Shown in pieces: positions 30,738-41,400 of a stretch of 57,766 nucleotides of DNA. Origin of the DNA: Myxococcota bacterium. GTDB taxonomy: Bacteria; Myxococcota_A; Polyangia; Polyangiales; Sandaracinaceae. The notes below the pieces were generated by a model. It was not told the DNA's origin. It worked only from the letters and a program-made list of their open reading frames with translations, and ran no database searches. Made by a program: the position numbers and the translations under genes. Numbering within the stretch: the stretch's first letter is position 1; each line of letters begins with the position of its first letter. The stretch spans positions 1 through 57,766 of the forward strand of contig JAYZQJ010000157.1 of assembly GCA_036149055.1 (NCBI GenBank), given 5' to 3'.

Positions 30738-30872
30738 GGTCCGCGTTCGGCGGTGTGCGTCGAGGTGGTGCACTCCGCCACGACGCGGCTCTCCGACATG
30801 TCGTACTTCGCCGCCGCACACGCGGAATTCGGGGGAATTCGTGCGGTCCGCGTCTTGAAGTGTCCCGGGAGC

Positions 30873-31445
30873 ATGAAGACCTCTCGAGACCTCCTCCGCG
30901 CACCCACCTGGCTCTTTGGCATCGCCGCGCTCGCCGCCGTGGCGCTCGCCTTCGCCCGACCGGTGCAATCCCAGGCGCCCGAGGCCCGCGGCCTCGACGG
31001 CGTGAGCGGCACCTGGCGCCTCGCCACCCCGAACGCGGAGGGCGAGATCGATCGCTCGATCGCGCGGGTGGTGGACCAGATGAGCTTCTTCATGCGCGGC
31101 ATCGCCCAGTCGCGCATCGACGAGAGCGTGAACCCGGAGCGCGTGGTGCGGATCGAGCCGCACCAGGAGCGCGTGCGGGTCGCCCTCGACGACTGGGGCC
31201 CGGTGGAGCTGAGCCTCGACGGTCGTCAGCGCCGCGCGCGCAGCGCGGATGGTCAGCCGCTCCGGGTTCGCGCCGCGCTTCAGGGGGAGCACTTGACCCT
31301 CGTGCAGGCCGCGAACGAAGGAGCCCGCGTGTCCTACTTCTCGGGTGCCCGAGGGGGCGACACGATGCGCATGACGGTGCGCGTGCAGTCGCCGCGCCTC
31401 CCCGAGGACATCGTCTACCGCCTCGACTACCGCCGGGTGCGCTGA
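30873..31445 (+). CDS. Hypothetical secreted beta-rich protein (paralog of 31518..32048)
   Basis: Signal peptide; GTWRL...MSFFMRGIAQSR...SPRLPE...YRR. Confidence 0.75.
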   Translation: MKTSRDLLRAPTWLFGIAALAAVALAFARPVQSQAPEARGLDGVSGTWRLATPNAEGEIDRSIARVVDQMSFFMRGIAQSRIDESVNPERVVRIEPHQERVRVALDDWGPVELSLDGRQRRARSADGQPLRVRAALQGEHLTLVQAANEGARVSYFSGARGGDTMRMTVRVQSPRLPEDIVYRLDYRRVR

Positions 31446-31517
31446 GCCTCGGTCCCTCGAGGGAGAGCCGTCATGATCGCCCATTCCCCCCAGATCCCGC
31501 GCTCCGAGCCGCCGTTC

Positions 31518-32048
31518 TCAGCGGCGGCGGTAGGAGAGGGTGAAGCGCATCGCCTCTGGCATGCGGGGGCTGTCGGTGACGACCTCCACCCGGAGGCGAC
31601 CGTCCCCTTCGGGATGGAAGACGTACCAGCGGGTGCCGCCGTCGGTCTGGAAGACGTGCTCGAGCGCCCCATCGTCCCGGAAGCGCGCCGTCACGTTCAT
31701 CATCTCCCCTTCCGGGTCGCGCCGGCGGACGGTCTGCCCGAGCGGGGTCGTGAAGGCGCTCCCGTCCGAGAAACGCACCGTCACCTGGTCCCCGTCGAAG
31801 GAGAGGACGATGCGCCGGTTCACGGTGGTGCCCTCGCGCAGGCGGGAGCGGGCGATGGCCCGGACGAAGAAGCTCATCGCGTCGGCGGCTCTGGACGCCG
31901 CGCGATCCACCACGCGCTCGGCCTGATCGGCCGGCTGCGCGAGGACCCAGGTGCCCTCCACCTGCGCGCGACCGTCGGTCTGCGCGACCGCGGGCGCGGC
32001 GAGGAGGGCCACCGAGACGAAGGCGAGAGAGCGGAGCTTCGCGGTCAC
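31518..32048 (-). CDS. Hypothetical secreted beta-rich protein (paralog of 30873..31445)
   Basis: Signal peptide; GTWVL...MSFFVRAIARSR...SPRMPE...YRR. Confidence 0.8.
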   Translation of the reverse strand: MTAKLRSLAFVSVALLAAPAVAQTDGRAQVEGTWVLAQPADQAERVVDRAASRAADAMSFFVRAIARSRLREGTTVNRRIVLSFDGDQVTVRFSDGSAFTTPLGQTVRRRDPEGEMMNVTARFRDDGALEHVFQTDGGTRWYVFHPEGDGRLRVEVVTDSPRMPEAMRFTLSYRRR

Positions 32049-32113
32049 GCGAGCAACGTAACGCCCGGACGAATTCGCACAAATGAGGCCGAGTGCCTCG
32101 GGAGCAACGAGCG

Positions 32114-33307
32114 ATGAGAGCCCTGGTCACCGGAAGTCGACTTCCTTTTGCCATCGAGCAGATCCGCAAGCTCGGGCGCATGGGACACGAGGTCTACGCG
32201 TCCGACGCCCTCTGGAGCGCGCCCGGGAACCACTCCCGCTTCGCCGCCGGCGCGCTGGTCACCGCGGCGCCTCGCCACGCGCCCGAGCAGTTCGTGCGCG
32301 ACGTGGTGACGCATCTCCGCGAGCACCCCACCGACCGGGTGATCCCCTCGTTCGAGGAGGTCTTCTATCTCGCCCGGCACCGGCGCCAGATCGAGCCGCA
32401 CGCGGAGCTCTTCGCGCCGTCGTTCGACGTGCTCACGCGCCTGCACGACAAGGGCTCCATGGTGAGCTTCGCCCAGGAGCTGGGGCTGAAGGTCGCGCCG
32501 ACCCTGCTCGCCACGAGCCGGGAGGAGCTGGCCCACGCCTGCGAGGAGTTCCCGCGCTTCTTCGCGCGCCCCGCCTACACCCGCGGCGGCGTCTCGCTCT
32601 ACACGAACACCGGGCCGCTCGCCGGGGCCGTGCACCTCGCGGAGTGCGCGCCGACGCCCCAGAACCCGTGGCTCGTGCAGCCGTTCCTCGACGGGCGCGA
32701 CATCTGCTCGCACTCGATCGTGCACCACGGCCAGGTGACGGCCCACGTCACCTACGTGCACCCGCTGACCCTCGAGCACGCGGGCGGCATCGTCTTCGAG
32801 TCGGTCGTGGTCCCGGAGACCCTCCGGGTGGCGCGCCTCGTCGCCGAGGCGACCGGCTACCACGGGCAGCTCTCGTTCGACTTCATGGAGACCGAGGACG
32901 GCGTCTACCTCGTCGAGTGCAACCCGCGCCCCACCGCCGGCCTCACCGTGATGCCGGACGCGGTCTTCGACGACGGCATGATGAACCGCACCGGCGGCGA
33001 CACCGTCGTCGGGCCCGCGGGCGTGCAGCGGAAGCTCTCGCTCGCCCTGCTGCGCAACATGGTGGTGCACTGGGAGTCGCTCCCCGAGAACTTCGCGGCG
33101 CTCGCGAGCAAGACGCCCGACATCTACGCCGACCCGGACGACCTCGTGCCGCTGTTCTCGCAGTTCGTCGCCTACGGCAAGGTGCTCCAGCACCGCCTGA
33201 AGCACGGCAAGGGCCGCAGCGATCTGATGCAGGGCTACTTCGAGGACCTGACCTACGACGGCGAGGGCGTGGCGGCGGTCAGAACAGCGACCCGACGAGC
33301 TGCTTGA
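32114..33307 (+). CDS. ATP-grasp domain protein
   Basis: LHDK, WLVQPFLDG, GQLSFDF, VECNPR. Confidence 0.85.
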   Translation: MRALVTGSRLPFAIEQIRKLGRMGHEVYASDALWSAPGNHSRFAAGALVTAAPRHAPEQFVRDVVTHLREHPTDRVIPSFEEVFYLARHRRQIEPHAELFAPSFDVLTRLHDKGSMVSFAQELGLKVAPTLLATSREELAHACEEFPRFFARPAYTRGGVSLYTNTGPLAGAVHLAECAPTPQNPWLVQPFLDGRDICSHSIVHHGQVTAHVTYVHPLTLEHAGGIVFESVVVPETLRVARLVAEATGYHGQLSFDFMETEDGVYLVECNPRPTAGLTVMPDAVFDDGMMNRTGGDTVVGPAGVQRKLSLALLRNMVVHWESLPENFAALASKTPDIYADPDDLVPLFSQFVAYGKVLQHRLKHGKGRSDLMQGYFEDLTYDGEGVAAVRTATRRAA

Positions 33308-34196
33308 GCTTGCGGCTCCGGAGCGCCTTCGTCGCCGCCTCGCGCGCGGCCTCCACCGTGGGGGCCGCGCGCTCCACGTCCATGACGTCGAGGCCCATCA
33401 CCGACGCCGCGTCCGCGCTCGGCTCGAAGAGCACGACCGTCTTGTCGGCGGGGCGGAGCGCGCGGACCTCGCGGCGGAGCAGCAGGCGGAGCGGCGGGAA
33501 GATCGAGAGCGGGTTGCTCACGAAGATCACGTCCTCCTCGCTGGCCGCGCAGAGATCGAGGTGGGCGGCGGAGGCGATGCCGCCGTCGACGAAGCGGCGG
33601 CCGCCGATCACCACCGAGCGGCACACGCCGGGGACCGCGCCCGACGCGGCCACCGCGGTGCCGACGTCGGTCGACGGCGCGCTCCCGGAGCCGAACGCGA
33701 CCCGCTCGCCGGTGTCCCGGCAGACCGCGGGGATCCAGAGCTCGCGCTCGGGCCAGCGGTCGCCGAAGAGCGCCCGGAACCCGGCCGCCTGCGGCTCGAG
33801 CGACACCGGGCCGTCCGGCACCAGCGCGGAGACGAGGCGGCCCGGCCGCGCGCGCCACGGCCGCCGCACCACCGCGCTCAGGTAGCGGAGCGAGCCCGGG
33901 CGCCACGGCGGCCGCTCCGAACGCGGGGGCAGCTCGTGGCTCGGGCGCACGTAGTGCTTCGCGATCTCGCGCCCCGCGGGCGACAGCGGTCGCCCGCGCA
34001 CCCGGGCCCCGAGGTCGGCCGCGCTCATGCCCGCCCGGATCAGCGCCGCCACCTGGGCGCCGGCCGAGGTGCCGACCACCAGGGTCGCGTCGCGCGCGTC
34101 CAGGCCGAGCTCCCGCTCGAGCGCCTGCAGCACGCCGGCGTGGAACGCGTGCCCCACCGGGCCGCCCGCGCCGAGCACGATGGAGACGCGCGTCAT
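33279..34196 (-). CDS. Patatin-like phospholipase
   Basis: LGAGG, GTSAG nucleophile motif, DGG. Confidence 0.9.
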   Translation of the reverse strand: MTRVSIVLGAGGPVGHAFHAGVLQALERELGLDARDATLVVGTSAGAQVAALIRAGMSAADLGARVRGRPLSPAGREIAKHYVRPSHELPPRSERPPWRPGSLRYLSAVVRRPWRARPGRLVSALVPDGPVSLEPQAAGFRALFGDRWPERELWIPAVCRDTGERVAFGSGSAPSTDVGTAVAASGAVPGVCRSVVIGGRRFVDGGIASAAHLDLCAASEEDVIFVSNPLSIFPPLRLLLRREVRALRPADKTVVLFEPSADAASVMGLDVMDVERAAPTVEAAREAATKALRSRKLKQLVGSLF

Positions 34197-34230
34197 GACG
34201 GTGGTCGAGATAGGCGCCCGCGAGGGCAGG

Positions 34231-35106
34231 TCAAAACGCGTGCGCGAGGTAGAGGGACACGACCGGCCCGCCGGTCTGCCGGCTGAGGAAGAAGAGCCCG
34301 CCCTCGACCGTCAGCCCGAGGTACCAGCCGGGCTCGAGCTGCCAGTCTCCTTCGACCGCGAAGCCGACGTAGCCGGTGCCGTTGCCGATGCCGCTCGGGC
34401 TCTCGTGGCCGGGCGCCTCCTCGCCGAACCAGACGTCGAGGCTGTGCACCCCGACCACGCGCCCGCGGACCCCGAAGACCGCCGCGAGGGTGGCCCCGGC
34501 CTCGGCGGTCCAGGTGAGCTGGTGGTCGTAGCCCTCGCTCCGGACCACGTAGCCGGCCGACCCGGCGACGTACCAGCGATCCTCGGCCCAGCCCGCGCCG
34601 AGCGAGACCGGCACGTCCCAGGCGCCGGCCCCGATGCGCAGCCGGCCGACCGGCGGGTTGCCCTCGTCGGTCCCGTAGACCGTCTGCACCTCGGCGGCCC
34701 GGGCGAACGGCGCCCGCAGCCCGCCCTCGACCGCCATCACGAAGCGCCCCTCCTGCAGGAACTGCCAGCGCAGCCCGAGCAGGGGATCGCCCGGGGTCAC
34801 GTGGCTCTGGTAGCTCCCGTCGCGCGGGTCCTCGAGGTGAAAGGTCCGGAGCAGCTCCGCGTGGAGCACCAGCGCGAGGTCGTCCACCAGCCCGACCTCG
34901 GCGTACGCGCTCACGAAGGCCTCGTGGTAGGCGCCGTAGCCGTAGGTGTTCCCGTCGCCGGCGTGGAAGTCGAAGCCGTAGAGGTACTTGAGCCAGAGCT
35001 TCACGTAGCCGTGGTTCTGGTCGGGCGCCCAGGGGCCGGCCGCGGCGGGGCTCGCGGAGAGCGTGATGGCCGCGATCAGCAGGAGCCCGGGCAGCGCGCG
35101 TCGCAT
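34231..35106 (-). CDS. Putative outer-membrane beta-barrel protein
   Basis: Signal peptide, amphipathic beta strands, C-terminal YLAHAF. Confidence 0.65.
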   Translation of the reverse strand: MRRALPGLLLIAAITLSASPAAAGPWAPDQNHGYVKLWLKYLYGFDFHAGDGNTYGYGAYHEAFVSAYAEVGLVDDLALVLHAELLRTFHLEDPRDGSYQSHVTPGDPLLGLRWQFLQEGRFVMAVEGGLRAPFARAAEVQTVYGTDEGNPPVGRLRIGAGAWDVPVSLGAGWAEDRWYVAGSAGYVVRSEGYDHQLTWTAEAGATLAAVFGVRGRVVGVHSLDVWFGEEAPGHESPSGIGNGTGYVGFAVEGDWQLEPGWYLGLTVEGGLFFLSRQTGGPVVSLYLAHAF

Positions 35107-35166
35107 GCGGCATCATCGCAGATCCCGCGCGTGCCAGGGGCGGCGGGCCGCGATAGTCTGCCGCCG

Positions 35167-36456
35167 ATGACCGAGCTGGACCTCGCCGACGATCTCCTCG
35201 CCTACATCGAAGCCTCCCCGACGCCCTGGCACGCGGTCCAGGAGACCCGACGACGCCTCGAGGAGGCCGGCTACCGGAGACTCGACGAGCGGGATCGGTG
35301 GTCGCTCTCGGCGTGCGACAAGGTCTACGTGATCCGCGGCGGCTCCTCGATCGCGGCGTTCGAGATCGGCACGGCGGCGCCCTCCGAGGCTGGCTTCCGC
35401 TTCGTCGGCGCCCACACCGACTCGCCGAACCTCCGCCTCAAGCCGCGGCCCCAGCGCCTGCGCGAGCACATCCACCAGCTCAGCGTCGAGCCCTACGGCG
35501 GCGTGCTGCTGCACACCTGGCTGGATCGGGACCTCTCCATCGCCGGCCGCCTCCTGACCAAGGGCGACGCCGGCCTCGAGGAGGTGCTGGTGCGCTTCGA
35601 CGCGCCGCTCGCGCGCATCTCGAGCCTGGCCATCCACCTCCACCGCGACGTGAACGAGGAGGGGCTCAAGCTCAACGCGCAGGACCACATGCTCCCGATG
35701 TTCGCGTTCGGCGGCCACGCGCCCGAGCTCGAGGCGATGCTCGCCGAGCGGGCCGGGGTCGCGCCCGAGGCCATCGCGGGCTGGGACCTCTGCCTCTACG
35801 ACGTCGTGCCTCCGTCGCGCGGCGGCCCGCACGGCGAGATGATCCTCGCCCCCCGCCTGGACAACCTGGCGAGCTGTCACGCGGGGCTGTCGGCGCTCCT
35901 GTCGGCGGGCGACGCCACCGCGGCCACCCGGGGCGTCGTGCTCTACGACCACGAGGAGTGCGGCAGCATGAGCCCGCAGGGCGCCGACTCGCCGTTCCTC
36001 TCGGACCTGCTCGAGCGCCTGGCGCGGGCGTTCGACGACGCGAGCGACGCCTACCCGCGCGCGCTCGCCCGCTCGTTCCTCGTCTCGGCCGACATGGCCC
36101 ACGCGGTGCACCCCAACTACGCGGACAAGCACGAGCCCGAGCACAAGCCGCGGCTCGGGGCCGGCCCGGTCATCAAGACCAACGTCAACCAGCGCTACGC
36201 CACCGACGGGGAGAGCGCGGCCCGCTTCCGGCGCTGGTGCGCCGAGGCGGACGTCGTCCCGCAGGAGTTCGTCACCCGCAGCGATCTCCGCTGCGGCTCG
36301 ACCATCGGCCCGATCAGCGCCGGTCGCCTCGGCGTCCGCGCCCTCGACGTCGGCAACCCGATGCTCTCGATGCACAGCTGCCGCGAGATGTCGGCCGCCG
36401 CCGACGTGGCCCCGATGATCGCCGCGCTCCGCGTGTTCCTCTCCCGTCTCGATTGA
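35167..36456 (+). CDS. M18-family aspartyl aminopeptidase
   Basis: SPTPWHA, GAHTDSP, RLDNL, DHEECGS, SADMAHAVHPNY, CGSTIGP, SMHS.RE. Confidence 0.95.
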   Translation: MTELDLADDLLAYIEASPTPWHAVQETRRRLEEAGYRRLDERDRWSLSACDKVYVIRGGSSIAAFEIGTAAPSEAGFRFVGAHTDSPNLRLKPRPQRLREHIHQLSVEPYGGVLLHTWLDRDLSIAGRLLTKGDAGLEEVLVRFDAPLARISSLAIHLHRDVNEEGLKLNAQDHMLPMFAFGGHAPELEAMLAERAGVAPEAIAGWDLCLYDVVPPSRGGPHGEMILAPRLDNLASCHAGLSALLSAGDATAATRGVVLYDHEECGSMSPQGADSPFLSDLLERLARAFDDASDAYPRALARSFLVSADMAHAVHPNYADKHEPEHKPRLGAGPVIKTNVNQRYATDGESAARFRRWCAEADVVPQEFVTRSDLRCGSTIGPISAGRLGVRALDVGNPMLSMHSCREMSAAADVAPMIAALRVFLSRLD

Positions 36457-36523
36457 GCGTCCCGTGTGAGGCTTCGCTCACGGCCGCTCGACACTCGCGG
36501 CGTCGCGCTCGAAACCGGAAGGG

Positions 36524-37444
<921 letters not shown>

Positions 37445-37478
37445 TGGTGTACGCTCTCCGCCCGGAGGCCCCTGCATC

Positions 37479-38231
37479 GTGACGACCCTCGCCGCGCTCG
37501 CGCTCGCCACCCCGATCTTCGGCTTCGCGCTCACCCCGCCCTCGGCGGAGCTCGCGCTGAGCCCCCCGCCCAACAGCGTCTTCACCCCGCCGGTGTTCGC
37601 TCAGGTCGGCGGCGGAGACGCCGACGAGGGCGCGGAGGAGGCGGCGGACGAGGCCGCGCCGGCCGAGGAGAGCGGCCCGAGCGGCGGCGACGACATGAGC
37701 GACTTCGCCGCGCAGCTCCGCCAGCGTCAGGACATCGCCACCATTCACCGCGCGTTCGGCATCGCGACCTGGGGGGCGATGCTGGTGACCGTCGTGCTGG
37801 GCTTCATCCAGTACTACAACCTCTACGGGTTCGGGAGCCGCGAGGAGTCGCCCTGCGTGACCGGCGACGCGATCTTCGGTCAGGACCAGTGCTGGGGACA
37901 CCCTTGGCCCCACCGCATCTCGGCGATGACCACCACCGCGCTCTACGGGGTGACCTTCACGCTCTCGTTCGTCATGCCCGACCCGGCCGGGGTCAGCGAG
38001 GGCGACGGCGCGTTCGCCGAGAACCTGCGCATCCACAAGGTCCTGCGCTGGATCCACTTCGGCGGCATGCTCGCCCAGATCTTCCTCGGCTTCGCGACCG
38101 CGCAGAACTGGTTCGGCATCGATCGCGCGAACGACTTCGACGCCCAGCGCGCGCTGGCCACCGTTCACCAGGGCATCGGCTGGGCGACGTTCGGCACCCT
38201 CAGCGCCGCCGCCGCCGTCATGATCTTCTGA
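37479..38231 (+). CDS. Membrane protein with His-bearing TM helices
   Basis: Signal-like N-terminus, acidic linker, four hydrophobic helices each preceded by His. Confidence 0.7.
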   Translation: MTTLAALALATPIFGFALTPPSAELALSPPPNSVFTPPVFAQVGGGDADEGAEEAADEAAPAEESGPSGGDDMSDFAAQLRQRQDIATIHRAFGIATWGAMLVTVVLGFIQYYNLYGFGSREESPCVTGDAIFGQDQCWGHPWPHRISAMTTTALYGVTFTLSFVMPDPAGVSEGDGAFAENLRIHKVLRWIHFGGMLAQIFLGFATAQNWFGIDRANDFDAQRALATVHQGIGWATFGTLSAAAAVMIF

Positions 38232-38280
38232 GCGACCGGGGCGCGTAGCACAGAGCGTGCGAGCGCGTCCAAAACAAGGC

Positions 38281-38310
38281 TTGCCACGGGCGTCGCGCCC
38301 CGGATACCAT
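38281..38310 (+). promoter_or_regulatory. sigma70-type promoter for the giant TPR gene
   Basis: TTGCCA-N18-TACCAT; GGGAG RBS before ATG 38447. Confidence 0.5.
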
Positions 38311-38446
38311 CGACCAGCTTCGGGGGCGTAGGGCCCACAACTGTGCGGAAGCCCTCGCTTTTCGGGCTCCCGTACCTCGGCCGCCGCTCAGGGCGGACGG
38401 TCGTTGGGCACGGATCGTCGACGCCCCCGATCGGATAGGGAGACCG

Positions 38447-41400
38447 ATGGCGTCGCAGACCGTTTCGCACCTCCTGGGGACTCTTCAGCAGGACCCCGAC
38501 AACGACGAGGCGCTCCAGGGGATCGCCGCCCTCGCGGAGGATGGCTCCGAGGCGCTGGACCGCGACTCGGTCCAGATGCTCGACACCGCACGGAAGGGGC
38601 ACGACCAGCGCGCCGAGTATCGCGCGGTGGCGCAGATCCTCGACGTGGAGGCCCGCGTCTGGGCGCAGGACGACCCCGATCGCGCGTCCACGTTCCTCAA
38701 GGAGCTCGGGCGGATCTATCGCGAGGAGCTCCTCGACGACGCCCGCGCGAAGGACGCGTACGAGCGCGCCCTCGAGCTGCGGCCGGGCGACGACGACGTC
38801 CAGGACGCGATCACGCAGATCGATCAGGCGGCCGAGCGGTGGAGCGACTTCGCGCGCCGCTTCATCGAGGAGGCGGAGAGCGCCTCCGACAACCCGAGCA
38901 TGCGCTCCTCGCTGCTGGTCAGCGCGGCGTCGCTGATCTGGAAGTACAAGGACGAGGCGGCCGAGGAGGTCGACGACCTCTTCCGGCAGGCGCTCGCGGT
39001 CGCCGAAGGGGACGCGCGGGCGACGCGGCTCTACGAGCAGGTGCTCCGGCAGCGCAGCGAGTGGAACGAGCTGGTGCGGGTGCTGCTCGAGGCGGCCGAG
39101 AAGACGAAGGACAAGGAGCACAAGGCCCAGTTCTTCCTCCGCGCGGCGCGCGTGCTGAAGAACGAGCTCGAGGATCCGAGCCGGGCCGCGGCGAGCTACG
39201 AGCGGGTGCTGGACTACCAGCCCGGCCAGAGCGAGGCGATGAGCTACCTGGCCGCGCACTTCACCGAGCAGGAGGACTGGGATCACCTGGTCGCGCTCTA
39301 CGAGGACGCGCTCCGCTCCCGCACCAAGCTCGAGGACGAGGCCGGCGCGCTGCTGCAGATCGGCATGGTCCAGTGGCGCTTCCGCGACGCGCCCGAGGAG
39401 GCCGAGCCGTACTTCGCGCGGCTCCGCAAGATGGATCCGGCGCACCCCGGCATGCTCGACTTCTACCGGGCGCACCTCGCCGAGGATCCCGATCGCTGGG
39501 TGACGCTCCTGACCGACGCCCAGCGCGTCGCGACCACCGACGAGCAGAAGCTTCAGCTCGCCATCGAGCTCGCCAAGGCGGCGCAGGAGTCCGGCAGCAC
39601 CGAGCGCGCGATCGACGCGTGGAAGATCGTGCTGCGGGCCGACCCGACGCACCCGGCCGCGCCCGAGGCGCTCAAGGCGCTCTACGAGAAGACCGAGAAG
39701 TGGAACGCGCTCGTCGAGGTCCTCAAGGGCGAGGCGGACCGCATCCCGGACGAGGAGGCGGAGAAGAAGATCGCGCTGCTGCGTCAGCTGGTCCCGATCT
39801 ACCGGGACAAGCTCGGCCTCGACGTGATGGTGATCAACACCTGGAACGCCATCCTCCAGCTCGACCCCAACGACGACGAGGCGCTCGAGGCGCTCGCGGC
39901 GACCTACGAGTCGACCGGTCGGTGGAACGATCTCATCAAGGTGCTCGAGGCCAAGGCCGACGCCAGCGAGGACGCCGAGGCGCGGGTCTCGCTCTACATG
40001 CGCGTGGCCAACCTCTGGATCGAGCGCTTCGCCAACTACAACAAGGCGACGGCGCCGCTCGAGAAGGTCATCGAGGTCGAGCCCGAGCACCGCGAGGCGC
40101 TGGCCAGCCTCAAGGAGATCTACCGGAAGAAGCGCGCGTGGAGTCACCTCTACGACGTGCTGAGCAAGGAGAGCCAGCTCGCCAGCGATCCGGAGGCGCG
40201 GCTCACCTACAAGCTCGAGCTCGCGGAGCTCGCCGGCAAGCGCCTGCACCGCCACGCCGACGCGATCGAGCTCTGGAAAGAGATCCTCGAGCAGGACCCC
40301 GACAACGGCGAGGCGCTCGATCACCTCGAGAAGCTCGCCGAGCGCGAGAAGGACTGGCCCACGCTGGCCAGCGTGCTCGAGCGTCGGGTGAGCGAGTCGG
40401 ACGACGACAAGAAGAAGGTCAAGACGCTCCAGAAGCTCGGCGTCATCTACGGCGAGCACCTCGACGAGGCGATCAAGGCGGCGAGCGCCTGGAAGCGCAT
40501 CCTCGACATCCAGCCGAAGAACGGCCGCGCGCTGCGCACGCTGCGCGAGACCTTCGTGCAGGCGCAGGACTTCGAGGGCCTCGAGGCGCTCTACGCCGAG
40601 CAGGACGACTGGGAGGGCCTCGTCGACGTGCTCGGCAACGCCGCCGAGAAGGCCCAGGACGACGCGGTCAAGGTCGACCTGAGCTTCCGCGCCGCCGCGA
40701 TCTACGAGGAGCGGCTCGAGCAGCCCCACCGCGCCTTCCGCTCCTACGAGCGGGTGCTCGGGGTGGACCCCCAGAACGAGCGAGCCGCGCGCGCGCTCAT
40801 CCCGATCTACGAGCGCGACGAGAAGCACCAGCGCATGCCCGCGCTCTACGAGGTCCTCTACGGCCACGCCGAGAGAGACGCGGACCGCCTGGCGCTGCTC
40901 GACACGCTGCGGCGCCTGAGCATCGAGCACCTCTCGGACGAGAAGGGCGCCTACGGCTACGCGGCCCGGGCGTTCGAGCTCGCCCCGACCGAGCCCGAGG
41001 TGCGCGACGCGCTGCTCGCCTCGGCGGAGAGCGGGCGCATGCACGCGGCGCTCGTCGAGCTGCTGCAGAAGCGGCTCACCGCGGTCGAGTCGGAGGAGGG
41101 CGCCGAGGACGAGCAGCTCTGGCTGCGGCGCCGCATCGCGAGCGTGGCCGGGGAGCAGCTCGGCGAGTCGGAGCAGGCGGTCGAGCAGCTCGAGCAGATC
41201 CTCGCCGCGCGCCCCGACGACGAGGAGGCGGCCGAGATCCTCGAGGGCCTCTACCGCGCGGCCGGTCAGCACGACGCGCTCCGCAAGCACCTGCTCCACC
41301 GGGTCGAGCACACCTCGGCCGAGAGCGAGCGCCTGCGCCACCTGCGCGAGCTCGCGCGGCTCGAGGAGGACGTGCTCGAGGATCACGACGCGGCCGCGTC

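Noticed and set aside
35113..35136. CTGGCACGCG-CGGG-ATCTGCGATG on the - strand, resembling the rtcB sigma54 promoter
   Set aside because: GG to GC spacing is 14 nt; sigma54 requires 10.
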